A stretch of 64,000 bases of DNA from Nitrospirota bacterium (lineage in GTDB: Bacteria; Nitrospirota; UBA9217), in contig CAWCKW010000012.1 in the NCBI GenBank assembly GCA_963796285.1, positions 544,001 through 608,000 of the forward strand, read 5' to 3'. Within the stretch, counting starts at the first letter, position 1, and each line of letters opens with the position of its first letter. Made by a program: the position numbers and the translations under genes. The notes below the pieces were generated by a model. That model ran no database searches, had not been told where the DNA came from, and was given only the letters and a program-made list of their open reading frames with translations. Positions 10,017 through 22,414 of this stretch are shown piece after piece.

Positions 10017-11351
10017 TTACCAGAATTTTGGGTAAGCCAAGGCTCTCGTTAGCATAAAACCTGTTTTGCGAAGAGGCTTCAAGAAAAAGCACGACCCGTG
10101 CGCAGCCAGCCAATATGCAATGAAGGATGCAATTGCCGCTCCCATACCTCCGTAATGCGGGATCAAGATATAATTCAAAATAACATTGACGACGCAGCCC
10201 ATAAACACAGTTAGCAAATGGATTTTGGTCAAATTCATGGCCATGAGAAAAGAACTTCTCGCGACTCCGATGATTACGAACATCCCTGCCCATATTAAGA
10301 GCGCAAGCATGGATCCGGAACGACTGTAAGCTGCACCGAATAAGAGGTTGACCAGCAAGCTCGACATGAATGTCAGAGGCAGGGCGATGGCATATCCAAC
10401 GAAAGCCATCAAATTGTATAGCTTCTGCAAACGGTCGTAAAAAAGCTCATCACCTAGAGCCCGGGCTTCAATAATGCTTGGGTAAACAGAGGAACAAATG
10501 ACCAGCGGTATGAAATACCATGCTTCAGCAATACGGACCGCTGCTGAATATATTCCGACCTCTTTTGCATTTACCATCTCACCCAGCATAACTTGATCGA
10601 TTCGGAGGTAAATCGTACCGACAATGCCGGAAAAAATCAGCGGCCAACTGTCGCGAAGCAGTTCTTTTGCCACTGCCAGACTTGCGCGCCAGGCCCTTAG
10701 ATGATGTTTGTTGATCCTATAGGCGACGATCAGGCCCAGGGAGCCAAGAGCAATCTCGGCAAGTCCCGTCCATGCAAAGGCTATAAGCGGCGCATGCAAG
10801 CTGATCAAGACGATCTTACAGATGCTGATGAGAAGAAACGCAGTATTTTTACTTACCACCGTATACTTTGACTTAACTTGCGATTGAAACCAGTAATCAA
10901 TAGTGTCAAATGCCTGGAAAATCATGCCGGCAGCGGTAATGCCCACAAGCCACTGGGTCAGACTATCGGCCGGACGGAGGAGAATGATTGCTGCCATTGT
11001 TGCCGCGAATGCCGTTGCACCGCCGATAAGTTTCAGCACGAACACCGTGCCGAGAATTTTATCCTTTAATGAAGAATCACGGACAATGTTTCGTACAGCG
11101 ATGCTGTCCATACCCAGATTCGCTAACGAAGAGAAGAGGAGAACAAAAGCAAGGGCGAAGCTTAACTGTCCGAATTGATCCGGGCCGAGATAGCGGGCGA
11201 TCCAGACACCGACAAAAAGCCCGACACCCATCCTCAGAACATTATCAAAGAACAACCAACTGGTATTGCTGATTACATTCTGCAGGTAATGGCGTCCTTC
11301 AACCTTAACTCTGATAAAATCCGGTAGGAATCTGATCCAACTTTGTTTCAT
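10017..11351 (-). CDS. wzx: Oligosaccharide flippase (Wzx)
   Basis: Multi-pass membrane protein with ARYLGPDQFG, RIDQVMLG, GIYSAAVR and LIPHYGGMGAAIA. Confidence 0.9.
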   Translation of the reverse strand: MKQSWIRFLPDFIRVKVEGRHYLQNVISNTSWLFFDNVLRMGVGLFVGVWIARYLGPDQFGQLSFALAFVLLFSSLANLGMDSIAVRNIVRDSSLKDKILGTVFVLKLIGGATAFAATMAAIILLRPADSLTQWLVGITAAGMIFQAFDTIDYWFQSQVKSKYTVVSKNTAFLLISICKIVLISLHAPLIAFAWTGLAEIALGSLGLIVAYRINKHHLRAWRASLAVAKELLRDSWPLIFSGIVGTIYLRIDQVMLGEMVNAKEVGIYSAAVRIAEAWYFIPLVICSSVYPSIIEARALGDELFYDRLQKLYNLMAFVGYAIALPLTFMSSLLVNLLFGAAYSRSGSMLALLIWAGMFVIIGVARSSFLMAMNLTKIHLLTVFMGCVVNVILNYILIPHYGGMGAAIASFIAYWLAAHGSCFFLKPLRKTGFMLTRALAYPKFW

Positions 11352-11592
11352 TGTGCCCTTAAGATAAAAAATCAAAATGACCGTCTGAATTCACTCGTGA
11401 TCCGTCCGGGGTAACGTACCAATGACGTCCTGAAACATCACATTCACTGTTTACAGCATCCCGGACAATCAGTGGTCCAGGGCCGGGCAGAAGGGCTGCT
11501 GAATATCGACGTTCTCCCTTTCCGTTCTCGACGATACGGTTGTCCTATTTTATCAGAATCCTCATTCCTCTTGCTTAGCGTGTTTGTAAAGA

Positions 11593-11925
11593 CTATTTCA
11601 TCTTCCTGAAGGTGTCATTTTGAAGGACAAGGGCATCACTTCCTTCAAGCCTTCCCTCCGCTGTCGCCGGAGCAGGGGCTCCCGGCACAGTCACCTCAAC
11701 CCTGAACTGCTTATTGCCAAGCATCGTCCACTTGAAAGGAAGGTCGGCGGGAATATTGATCTGCGTTCTTTGATGAATGATCCCGGTCTTGTCGCTGTTA
11801 AATTCCATGCTGCTCGATGTTTTTTCATTGATCCAGGTGCCGACTAATTTGGCTTCCGGTTTGCTGCAAGCAAAAACAGACAGCAGGCAAAGCAGTATTG
11901 CGAGGCTGGTAATGGCTGATCTCAT
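11593..11925 (-). CDS. Hypothetical lipoprotein
   Basis: Signal peptide with lipobox VFAC, an LVGTW motif, and an upstream GAGAGG RBS. Confidence 0.7.
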   Translation of the reverse strand: MRSAITSLAILLCLLSVFACSKPEAKLVGTWINEKTSSSMEFNSDKTGIIHQRTQINIPADLPFKWTMLGNKQFRVEVTVPGAPAPATAEGRLEGSDALVLQNDTFRKMK

Positions 11926-12018
11926 GGTCTTCCTCTCTCAAGATAAAAATTATGTAAGCAACCATGCGGCCGCGAACAAGGACTGATATTTTCTTCTGCA
12001 AGTTACCGGAAGCGCCGC

Positions 12019-13053
12019 TTATCTTCTCCCCGTTATCTTCTGCTCCCACCGCCAGGCATCGGCCACGATCGTCCTGAGATCGTCATAGCGTGGCGTCCAT
12101 CCCAGCACGTGCCTGATGCGGTCCGCTTTTGCGATCAGGGTGGGCGGGTCCCCGGGCCGCTTGGCTTTCTCTTGGACGGGAAACTTCACCCCGGTCACGC
12201 TGCGGGTGATCTCGATGACTTCCTTCACGCTGAACCCTCTGCCGTACCCGACGTTCAGGGTCGTCGATGAGCCTTTTGCCTCGAGATAGGTGAGCGCGTC
12301 GAGATGGGCTGCGGCAAGATCCTCCACATGGATGTAGTCGCGTATGCACGTGCCGTCGGGTGTGGGGTAATCAGTGCCGTACACCGTAATGCTCTCGCGT
12401 TCCCCTTTGGCCGCCTTCAAAATCAGCGGTATCAAATGAGTCTCGGGTGAGTGCCGTTCGCCGATTCTTCCCTGCGGATCGGCGCCCGCCACGTTAAAAT
12501 ACCGGAGAGCCACATACCGCAAGCCATGAGCGTGCGCGATGTCCCTCAGGACCTGCTCGATCATCAGCTTCGAGGAGCCGTAGGGGTTGATCGGAAGCGT
12601 CGGGGAATCCTCGCCTGCGATCCCGTTCTGCGGGATGCCGTAGACCGCCGCGGTGCTCGAGAAAATAAACCGCTCCACTCCGGTCCGGATGCAGGCGTCG
12701 AGCAGGTTCACGGTGTTCGCCGTGTTGTTCTTGTAGTATTTGAGCGGAACGGTAACGGATTCGGGGGCCACGATGGACGCGGCAAAGTGCAAGACCGTCT
12801 TTATCCCGAAACGTGCGACGGCCGTTTCGATCGCCGCCTGGTCCGCCAGATCGGCCCTGATCAATTCCTCGTTGTGGATGAGCGCGTCGGCGAATCCCGT
12901 GGAAAGATTGTCAAAGACCACTACCCGGCAGCCCGCTTCGCTCAATTGCCGGACCACGTGGCTGCCGATGTAGCCTGCGCCGCCGGTCACCAGTACCGCA
13001 TCGTGCTTTTTGGTATCAGTGGGTGACATCGTGCGGGTTACTCCATTGCTCAC
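12019..13053 (-). CDS. galE: UDP-glucose 4-epimerase
   Basis: Motifs TGGAGYIGSH, YGSSK, LRYFNVAGA and DGTCIRDYIHV. Confidence 0.95.
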   Translation of the reverse strand: MSNGVTRTMSPTDTKKHDAVLVTGGAGYIGSHVVRQLSEAGCRVVVFDNLSTGFADALIHNEELIRADLADQAAIETAVARFGIKTVLHFAASIVAPESVTVPLKYYKNNTANTVNLLDACIRTGVERFIFSSTAAVYGIPQNGIAGEDSPTLPINPYGSSKLMIEQVLRDIAHAHGLRYVALRYFNVAGADPQGRIGERHSPETHLIPLILKAAKGERESITVYGTDYPTPDGTCIRDYIHVEDLAAAHLDALTYLEAKGSSTTLNVGYGRGFSVKEVIEITRSVTGVKFPVQEKAKRPGDPPTLIAKADRIRHVLGWTPRYDDLRTIVADAWRWEQKITGRR

Positions 13054-13658
13054 GTCAAGACCGACCGGATCGACCCCTTGTCGACGCCGGCATCCGTGAG
13101 CTGTTTGAACAGTTGTTTGCGTTTCAAATAGGATGTGATGACAACAACGTCATAGCGCATGTCCAGAATGGCCGGGACCGGCCGTACCGGCCTGCCGAAG
13201 AAGTCATTTCCCGCCAGGTCCCCGTCGACGACATCGACGAGCTCGATGTGGGTCTCCTGCAAGGTGATGTAGGCGATCTCTGCGGTCTCATCGGCGCCGG
13301 CGAAGATGACGGTTTTCATGCCTCTGGCTTCTAACTCGTGGAAGAGCTGCTTGAAGTTTCTGCGTGCCTCGCGGTAAACCCGGGTGTAGTCATGGAGAAG
13401 GTCGTAGGTGAGCCGCGTCTTTTCCGAGAAGCCCTTTGGAGTCAGGTAATAGGCATAGCGTTTCGTTGGAATCGTTTTTATCGTTATGAATCCTTTTTTT
13501 ATGAGGTTCTTGATGTAGGAGTTTACGAGTCCGAGGGCGATGCCGAGACGGCTGCTGAGGTCCCGCTGGGTGAGGGAATCGTTATTGGAAAGCTCGTCCA
13601 ATATCTGGAGAGAACGGTACGGTTCAGTCCCGAATGGGGATGGTCTTTCGGCGTTCAT
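13050..13658 (-). CDS. Winged-helix (MarR-like, EPS-associated) regulator with a C-terminal Rossmann-like domain
   Basis: Motifs TQRDLSSRLGIALGLVN and YAYYLTPKGFSEK. Confidence 0.85.
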   Translation of the reverse strand: MNAERPSPFGTEPYRSLQILDELSNNDSLTQRDLSSRLGIALGLVNSYIKNLIKKGFITIKTIPTKRYAYYLTPKGFSEKTRLTYDLLHDYTRVYREARRNFKQLFHELEARGMKTVIFAGADETAEIAYITLQETHIELVDVVDGDLAGNDFFGRPVRPVPAILDMRYDVVVITSYLKRKQLFKQLTDAGVDKGSIRSVLT

Positions 13659-13664
13659 AATGTG

Positions 13665-13693
13665 AACATACCATGAACCCCTTGTTTAGTCAA
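13665..13693 (-). promoter_or_regulatory. sigma70 promoter, leaderless-type
   Basis: TTGACT-17 nt-TATGTT, 6 nt before the ATG at 13658. Confidence 0.7.
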
Positions 13694-13796
13694 TACATAA
13701 TTTAAAAATAATCTTTACTCTCCTCCGGTATGATGCTATCATTGCTCACTGGATATCAGCGATACCGATGCTGTTTTGCGTGGGAGCGTTCGATCT

Positions 13797-14840
<1,044 letters not shown>

Positions 14841-14886
14841 ATCCGAATTTATCCGTGGCTAATTTCATTTTTGCTATACTATCATC

Positions 14887-15597
14887 ATGCCCACTCCCCT
14901 TGTGATCGCCCACCGCGGTGATTCTTCCAACGCCCTTGAAAATTCCCTTGAAGCCATACACCGCGCATTATCCCTGCCGGTGGACATGATCGAGATCGAC
15001 ATCCGCAAGAGCCGTGACAATGACCTCTATGTGATGCACGATAAATTGACCGGCAGGACAGCTGAAAAAGAATATCAATATAGAACGGGCTACCTCCGAT
15101 GAAGATCGCCGGCTGCAGGCTTAACAACAAGGAACCGGTTCCGACCCTTACCCACGTCATCAAGGCTGGTGGCGGCAGTTCGCGGGCTGAACCTCGAGAT
15201 CAAAAGCGACGGCGCGGGGGCTGTTGACAGCGCAGTACTCTTGCCTCGTCCGGCTACGACGGATATGTCTTGCTGTCGTCTTTCAAGGAAGAAGAGGTCC
15301 TTGCTGTTCGCCGGGCGATGCCGTCGATGCCGACGTCGCTGATCTTTGACGTCTTTTCGGCACGGGATGTCCCTTCGTATAAAGAACAGGGATATCGGAT
15401 CATCAGCCTGCGGAAAAAGACCGTGAGCGAAAAACTTGTTGATGCCTGCCATGAGCAGGGGATCGATGATGTATGTCTGGACCCTTGATGATGAGGACGA
15501 GATGCGGAAGTTCATTTCCTGGGGCGTGGACGGGATCTATTCCAACAAACCCGCGGTCCTGAAAAATCTCTTGCAGAGTGTAGAGTATCGTAACTAA
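14887..15597 (+). CDS. Glycerophosphodiester phosphodiesterase (frameshifted)
   Basis: Fragments IAHRG..ENSLEA..EIDI..MHD, LNLEIK, SSF, VWT and GVDGIYSNKP. Confidence 0.85.
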
Positions 15598-15876
15598 AGA
15601 ATTAAAATCTTCTAAAAATGGATAGCAATAGTAAGACGAAAATGAAAACCATTATCTCGCGCAAAGTCGACCCTGCTGTTGCCAAGGCGCGGGCACGGAA
15701 AGGCCGCAAAGAACGGCAAAAAGGGATCATAGTTTTAAATCAGGACGTACAAGTTATCCTTTGCGAGCTTTGCGGCTCAGTGTGGCCCTGTTCTTGGCCA
15801 TTGCGCGAAAATGATTTGCCTGATTTCCGGCTTGTCCGGGTTAGGAATTATTCAATCAGAACATTAGGAGAACCGT

Positions 15877-17488
15877 TTGCCGGAGAGCGCTCCATTACAG
15901 CATGACCAGGTCTTCGACCTAATCGTCATCGGCGGCGGCATCACCGGCGCAGGCGTGGCGCGGGACGCGGCGCTGCGGGGGCTGTCGTGCCTGTTGCTCG
16001 AAAAGGGAGACTTCGCGTCAGGGGTGACCTCCAAGTCCACCCGCCTGATCCACGGCGGGCTCCGGTATCTTGCCAACTTCGAGATGGACCTGGTGGCCGA
16101 GTCCCTTCGCGAGCGCGCTATCCTTCGCAAACAGGCCCCCTACCTTATACACCCCATGCCGATCCTCATTCCCATCTACCAGGGAGATCCGCACGGAAGG
16201 GCGGTGCATGTCCCTCGGCATTCATCTCTACGATCTGCTGTCCCATGAAAAGGACATCCCGCACTATTTCACCTCCAACAGGGAAACGACCCTGGGCTTT
16301 GAACCGCGTTTGAACCAGGAAGGGCTCATCGGCAGCGCATTGTTCTACGACCACCAGATCATCATGCCCGAGCGGCTGGTGATCGAGAACATCATCTCCG
16401 CGCGTGCGGCAGGGGCCCGGCTCTTGAACTATGTCCGGGCTGAAAAGATCGAGGAGACGACAATGGCATTGTCGTTACTGCGAAGGACACACTCACGGGA
16501 ACGTCCTCCACGTACCGGTCCAAGGTCCTGATCAATGCCGCGGGCCCCTGGATCGACACGGTGAGGCAGGCAGGGGATATTGACCACGCAAAGATCATCT
16601 TTCCGACAAAAGGGATCCATCTCGTGCTGCCGAAGCTCTCGGACCAGGCGCTGTTCGTCACGTCGCGCGATGGAAGGATGTTCTTCATTATTCCGTTCGG
16701 CGCCTAGCTCGCTGATCGGGACCACCGATACGAAATACTCCGGCGACCTTGACGAAGTGCATGCTGACCAGGATGACGTGGATTACCTGCTCACCGAGAG
16801 CAGACGCATCCTGCCGAAGATGAACCTGACGAAAGAGGCCATCCTTTATACCTACGCGGGCATTCGGCCGCTCGCGTTCTCAGGCAAGGACGAAACCAAA
16901 ATATCGCGCAAGCACCGGGTCATTCAAGAGGGACGGCACCACAGGATCATCACGATCGCGGGCGGCAAGCTTACCACCTATCGCAACATGGCAAAGGACG
17001 TAGTCGATGCGGCGTGCAGGGTGCTGGGGAACAGGACGCAGTGCGTTACGGACAAAAACCCCCTTCCCGGCGGCCTGCCTATGGACTATGACACCTATGT
17101 AAAAGAGGAATTGCCGGTAGTATCGGCTCATTATCATGTATCGCATGAGCTTGTTCGCCATTTGATCGGCTTTTACGGGTCCAGGACCGGCGGCGTACTG
17201 GAACTTATTTTAGAAGATCCGGCGCTGGCGGAAACCATATCACCGGAGAGCAGGGATATCTGTGCCCAGGTTGCCTACAGCATCAGGGAAGAAGGGGCGA
17301 GGACGCTTTCGGACATCATCCTCCGAAGAATACATGTTGGTATGACCGGTTCGCGCGGTATCCATCAGGCCCCCAAAATAGCCGAGATTGCGGCAAAAGA
17401 GCTTCAGTGGAACGAAGATGAGAAACAGCATCAGATCGAAGAATTCAAAAAAGCGTTGAACAAGGAGCTTGCGTGTTTAATAGGATGA
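15877..17488 (+). CDS. glpD: FAD-dependent glycerol-3-phosphate dehydrogenase (frameshifted)
   Basis: Motifs IGGGITGAG, TSKSTRLIHGGLRYL, NAAGPW, IGTTD, YAGIRPL and GGKLTTYR. Confidence 0.9.
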
Positions 17489-17852
17489 TAAAAGTATTTT
17501 GAAAAACCGGAGAGGCAAGTATGAAACCACACCCTGCTCTTGCGAAACGCGGGTGCAGGCAGAGGTCACCGAGGGATTTAGGGTGAAAACCTGGACGTGG
17601 TGAGATCAATAGTTCGGTAAGATGATCTATGAACTCCTGGTTAAGGGGTCAAGAACAAGATTAGAAACATTGGTTAATAAGAGGGACACAGAGGGGAGGA
17701 AGGTCGAATATGTCTTTACCCCCGGCATTCAAGCTGTTCTCTGTGGACTCTGTGGTTAGATTTTGACAATAGTATTGAAAACCGGAAAGGAACGTTTTCT
17801 CTGCGTACTCTGTGGTTAATTTTGGCTTGACACATAACGAGGAGGTATCTCC

Positions 17853-18323
17853 ATGGCTATCAATTGGGCGCACGTGCATATCATGATCAACCATATCCCG
17901 GTCATAGGTTTAATGGGAATTCTTCTGCTTCTCCTGTATGCCGTGTTCAGAAGGAGCGAAGAAGTGAAGATGGTAAGCTTTGGAGCGCTTGTTCTGATCG
18001 CATTGATGACAATTGCCGTGTTCTTTACCGGACAGGCTGCCGAGGACATTGCAAAAAAGATCCCCGGAGTAACAGAAAATGATATCGGCAGACATGAAGA
18101 GGCTGCCGACCTGTCACTGACAGGTATTGAAGCGTCTGGAACGCTTGCGCTTGTCGGTCTTATTCTCCTGCGCCGCAGGGGTTCCATTCCGAAGTGGAAC
18201 GTCATTGCCGTACTTGTTTTATCGATCATCTCGACGATTATCGTACTCTATACAGCTAATCTCGGCGGAGAGATCAGGCATACGGAGATTCGCGGTCCTG
18301 GTTCAATCTTCCTGGCTCATTAG
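17853..18323 (+). CDS. Four-TM membrane protein with conserved-looking His residues (DUF2231-like)
   Basis: Segments HVHIMINHIP, HEEAA and GGEIRHTEIR, with a strong GGAGG RBS. Confidence 0.7.
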   Translation: MAINWAHVHIMINHIPVIGLMGILLLLLYAVFRRSEEVKMVSFGALVLIALMTIAVFFTGQAAEDIAKKIPGVTENDIGRHEEAADLSLTGIEASGTLALVGLILLRRRGSIPKWNVIAVLVLSIISTIIVLYTANLGGEIRHTEIRGPGSIFLAH

Positions 18324-18386
18324 CAATGGGTGAACCCAGTATGACGTGCAAATGGCAATGATCATTCAATATCCGGAGGTCGTACT

Positions 18387-19286
18387 ATGGCGCAGTTGAT
18401 GAAGGGCGGGGAACTTTCTTCGAACATCATAGCAGCGGTCAAAGCCGAGACCAGCAGGCTCGCGAAGCACGGGATACGCGCCGGCCTGGCGCTTGTGCTC
18501 GTGGGCGATGACAAGTCCTCGTTCATGTACTATCAGGCGATCCAGAGCTCGGCGGTCCGCGCGGGGATCGATATTTTCAACCACACCCTTCCTGCCGACG
18601 CGTCCCTGAATGAAATACTGAACCTCATCAAGACGCTGAACAACGATGAGCGGGCAAATGGCATTCTGGTCTTCATGCCGCTGCCGCGCCATATCGATAC
18701 CCGGAAGGTCGTAAATGCCATCGTGCCGGAGAAAGACGTGGACGGTCAGGGCGCTATTTCCGTCGGCAGGCTTTCGGCGGATGAATCAACGTCACAGCTG
18801 TTCGAGCCGAAATTCACCCTCTCGGTCAGGTCCACGTTCCTGCCCTGTACGCCCTACGGCGTGATGCGGATGCTGGAGCACTACGGTATCGAGCCGAAGG
18901 GCAAGAAGGTCGTGATCGTGGGCAAAAGCCTTGCGGTAGGCAAGCCGCTTGCCATGATGATGCTGGTCAAGGAGGCGACGATCACGGTCTGCCACCGCGA
19001 GACACGCGACCTCGGTGTCGAGACCCGGCAGGCCGATATCCTCTGCACGGCCACGGGGAGGCCGGGCCTGATCAAGGCTGAGATGGTGAAGGAGGGCGCG
19101 ATCGTCGTGGACATCGGGATCAACGTCATGCCTGACGGCGCGACAGTTGGAGATGTTGATTTTGACGCTGTTTCAAGAAAGGCATCTTTAATTACGCCGG
19201 TCCCCGGCGGCGTGGGACCGGTGACCATCGCTATTCTGCTCAAGAATACCGTGATCTCGGCAAAGAGAATGGTGGGGGTGGGGTGA
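18387..19286 (+). CDS. folD: Methylenetetrahydrofolate dehydrogenase (FolD family, atypical)
   Basis: Motifs PEKDVDG, LPCTP, VDIGIN, GDVDF and ITPVPGGVGP. Confidence 0.9.
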   Translation: MAQLMKGGELSSNIIAAVKAETSRLAKHGIRAGLALVLVGDDKSSFMYYQAIQSSAVRAGIDIFNHTLPADASLNEILNLIKTLNNDERANGILVFMPLPRHIDTRKVVNAIVPEKDVDGQGAISVGRLSADESTSQLFEPKFTLSVRSTFLPCTPYGVMRMLEHYGIEPKGKKVVIVGKSLAVGKPLAMMMLVKEATITVCHRETRDLGVETRQADILCTATGRPGLIKAEMVKEGAIVVDIGINVMPDGATVGDVDFDAVSRKASLITPVPGGVGPVTIAILLKNTVISAKRMVGVG

Positions 19287-19298
19287 GGTGAGAAGCGA

Positions 19299-19387
19299 AG
19301 GAGTCAGTAGTCAGAAGCCAGAAGTCAGATGAACAGCAAGAATCGTTTGTCGCCTTCCGCATGCTGTCTCCTGACTCCTGACTCCTG
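19299..19387. repeat. Inverted heptamer arrays (AGGAGTC-like / CTGACTC) between convergent genes; probable terminator hairpin
   Basis: Left arm 19299-19329, complementary right arm 19364-19387. Confidence 0.75.
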
Positions 19388-19396
19388 TTGTATCGG

Positions 19397-20576
19397 CTAT
19401 TTCGGCGTGACCTTCAACTCCAGCGATTGGCCGTCGAGCCCACAACTTCCACGGAGAAGGCGCCGAAGTTCCTGAGGAGGATCTCATCCGAGAGCGTCTG
19501 CGCGCTGTTCTTCGAGTCCACCGAAATCTTTGCCGTTGTCCCGTTGAAGCTCCTTTCATGCAGGTCTTTGATGCCGCGAACCTGGTTCAGGAGCACGTCC
19601 TTGAATTTTGCGAACTGGGTCCTTGTTCAGGCCAATGATGGTGATATTAACGGACCGGGTGCCCCCGGTTTCCTTTGCATAGACCGCAAGGATCTTTTCG
19701 ATCATTTCATCAGCGGCCTGGTTCGAGGCTTTCCTGAGGGCGTCGGTCCCGGCAGCGACCTCCGAGATATGCACCGCAGCGGCATGGGTCGTGGCTGTGG
19801 CAATGACCTGGCCGGTATCAATGCGCACGGCCCTGGCGGAAAGGTCCGCCTGTACCGATCTCATTCCGCCTCCGATCTCACCATAGAGCTTGGCAGCAGC
19901 CTTACCGATGATCACGACCTCGGCGTCCGCCTGGGCGGCAAGCGTCCTGGCCTGGGCAACGGAAAGGTCCTGTACCCGGCAGGCCCCGGTCACCTTGATC
20001 TCCTTTAGCCGCGATCTCGTGGTCGATGAACTCAAATCCCTTTTCCGTGAATTTATCCATGAAGGTGTTCTCGACCACGCTGATATCGGTCTGCTCGCCA
20101 TGCGCCCCCAGCCACCAGGCAGCGACCCCGTGCCCGATGTTCTGCTCCGCCACCATGACCATGGTCCGGGGTTTGTGCATTCGGCCGAGGAGGATCCCGA
20201 TGCCCGAGAGGTCGTGCGTCAGCTGGCCGAGGGCGACTTCCGCGTTGATGCGGACGCGCAGCAAACCGCTGTCAACCGTCTCACTGGTGACATCGTAACG
20301 TTTGATGTAACCCCTGGTCTGTGACAGGATCTTGTCGCTGATGAGCTGGTAGTTCTCGACCTGGGTCTGTGAGTCGATCAGGATGCCTATCGCCTGTTCC
20401 ACGGCCCGCTTCTGGGCATCCTCAAGCGCGGCGTCTCGGGCCATGTCGCGGGCGTTGCCCTGGATCGCGGCCACGCCTTCAGACGTAACGGTCCTCGATT
20501 CCTGTGCGACCGCCGGGAGTGCCGGTGCCGTAGCGACGAGAACCACCATGCACAACGATTTCACGAGACGGATCAT
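19397..20576 (-). CDS. Secreted FlgT N-terminal-domain-like protein (frameshifted)
   Basis: Signal peptide, then ARDAALEDAQKRAVEQAIG..SQTQVEN..GYIKRY. It continues in ORFs 19556-20101 and 19414-19596. Confidence 0.7.
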
Positions 20577-20761
20577 TCTGTCCACCTCCCGGGATCTTTT
20601 CGATAGAGCAAATATACCAGAGGCGCTGAACAGGGTCAAGGCTCTACTCCATCGCTTTCGCGTGCTGGCAACGGTCCCGTTGCAAACAAATTTTCTGGAT
20701 ATTTGAATAGAGAGATGATAGAATCAAATCACAAGGGATCTCATTCAGGAGGTAGTGCTGC

Positions 20762-21479
20762 GTGCCCAGACTGTCCGTAAACATAGACCACATTGCCACG
20801 ATCCGTCAGGCAAGAAGAGGAAGCGAACCGGATCCGGTTGCAGCGGCCGTGCTTGCGGAACTGGCGGGAGCGGAAGGCATCATCGCGCACTTGCGCGAGG
20901 ACCGGCGGCATGTTCAGGACCGGGACCTGCGGCTGCTGCGCGAGACCGTGCAGACGAAACTGAACCTCGAGATGGCGGCGACCGAGGAGATGCAGCGCAT
21001 TGCGCTCGAGGTCAAACCGGAAATTACCACATTGGTGCCGGAGAAGAGGGAAGAGCTCACGACCGAAGGCGGTCTTGAGGTGGCCTTACGGACCGATTTT
21101 ATGAGATCGTATATAAGCCGGCTCCAGCAGGGCGGCATTGTGGTCAGTCTCTTTATCGATCCCGATGATAAACAGATCGCGGCGGCAAAGAAGTCCGGCG
21201 CGGACTGGGTGGAGATCCACACGGGCGCGTATGCGAACGCGAAGACCGAAAAAGACCGCGAGCGTGAGTTCGACAAGATCACCGAGGCGGCGAAGCTCGC
21301 CGGGAGCCTGGGGCTCCGCGTGGGCGCGGGACACGGTCTGAACTACGTGAACGTGCAGGAAGATAGCCCGCATCCCCGAGGTGGAAGAACTGAACATCGG
21401 CCACAGCATCATCTCACGGGCCGCGCTCGTCGGGATGGAACGGGCGGTGCGGGAAATGAAGGCATTGATTGAAAATTGA
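20762..21479 (+). CDS. pdxJ: Pyridoxine 5'-phosphate synthase (frameshift near 21360)
   Basis: Motifs [38 protein letters not shown] and ELNIGH. Confidence 0.95.
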
Positions 21480-21544
21480 AATGCAGTGAAAATTGGAAAT
21501 TCATGGCCGGTTATGTCCAAAGTTATTTGAAAAAGAAAAAGCTA

Positions 21545-21763
21545 TTTCACCGCAGAGGACGCAGAGAAATTCAAATTCTTGAATAACAGCAAAACAAGAA
21601 TCAGGCTATAAATGTTATTAAAATCATGACATGATCTTAATAAGGAATTTAAACCGAAACAATTAATTATCCGAGGTGTCGCAGAAGGGGAGAGGCAGAG
21701 AAGAAATTTAGTGTCTTGTGATTCAAGAATTTCTCTGAGTCCTCCGCGTCCTCTGCGGTGAAA
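21545..21763. repeat. MITE-like element with perfect 18-bp terminal inverted repeats
   Basis: TTTCACCGCAGAGGACGC at 21545-21562 and its exact complement at 21746-21763, around an AT-rich interior. Confidence 0.8.
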
Positions 21764-21800
21764 GATTTCGACATTACGTTGTGGCAGTACTGGGGGAAAC

Positions 21801-22205
21801 ATGATCGTCGGCATCGGAATTGACCTGGTGAAGATCGACCGCATCGACAAGGCAGGGAAGAACCATCCCGGTTTTCTCGAGCGGGTATTTACGGAACGTG
21901 AGCGGGAATACTGCACGCGCCAGAAATATCCTGCCCAGCACTACGCAGGCAGGTTCGCTGCCAAGGAAGCGGTACTCAAGGCCATCGGCACCGGATGGAG
22001 CGCGGGCGTAAAGTGGACGGACATAGAGGTGCTTCACGGTGAAGGCGGCGGCCCGATCGTGAACCTCTCCGGCAGGGTGAAAGACCTCATGGACCTGAGG
22101 GGAGTGAAACAGGTGTTCCTCAGCTACTCGCACGATGAAGGATACGCAGTAGCGCAGGTGGTGCTTGAGGGTACGGCGTTCTCTGGTTCCGGTGAAAACG
22201 GCTGA
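21801..22205 (+). CDS. acpS: Holo-ACP synthase
   Basis: Motifs GIGIDLV, AGRFAAKEAVLKA and SYSHD. Confidence 0.95.
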   Translation: MIVGIGIDLVKIDRIDKAGKNHPGFLERVFTEREREYCTRQKYPAQHYAGRFAAKEAVLKAIGTGWSAGVKWTDIEVLHGEGGGPIVNLSGRVKDLMDLRGVKQVFLSYSHDEGYAVAQVVLEGTAFSGSGENG

Positions 22206-22414
22206 TTTATTATTATTCCAACCCGACAAGTGGGAACCTAAACTTTTTACACGAATTGCACGAATGATCCGAATGTCACGAAGAAAAAAACAATCTCCTG
22301 GTTTTATTAGTATAATTCGTCCGTTTCGTGTCATTCGTGATAACTCTTTGTGATTTTCTTGCCATTTTGAGTAGAGTTTGGTTCCTTAGTTACGAAGGCG
22401 GGTAGAAACTGTCT

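Noticed and set aside
15618-15905. 95-aa ORF, and similar spacer ORFs at 17661, 21542, 25153 and 57464
   Set aside because: They translate the inverted repeat elements and have no protein-like features.
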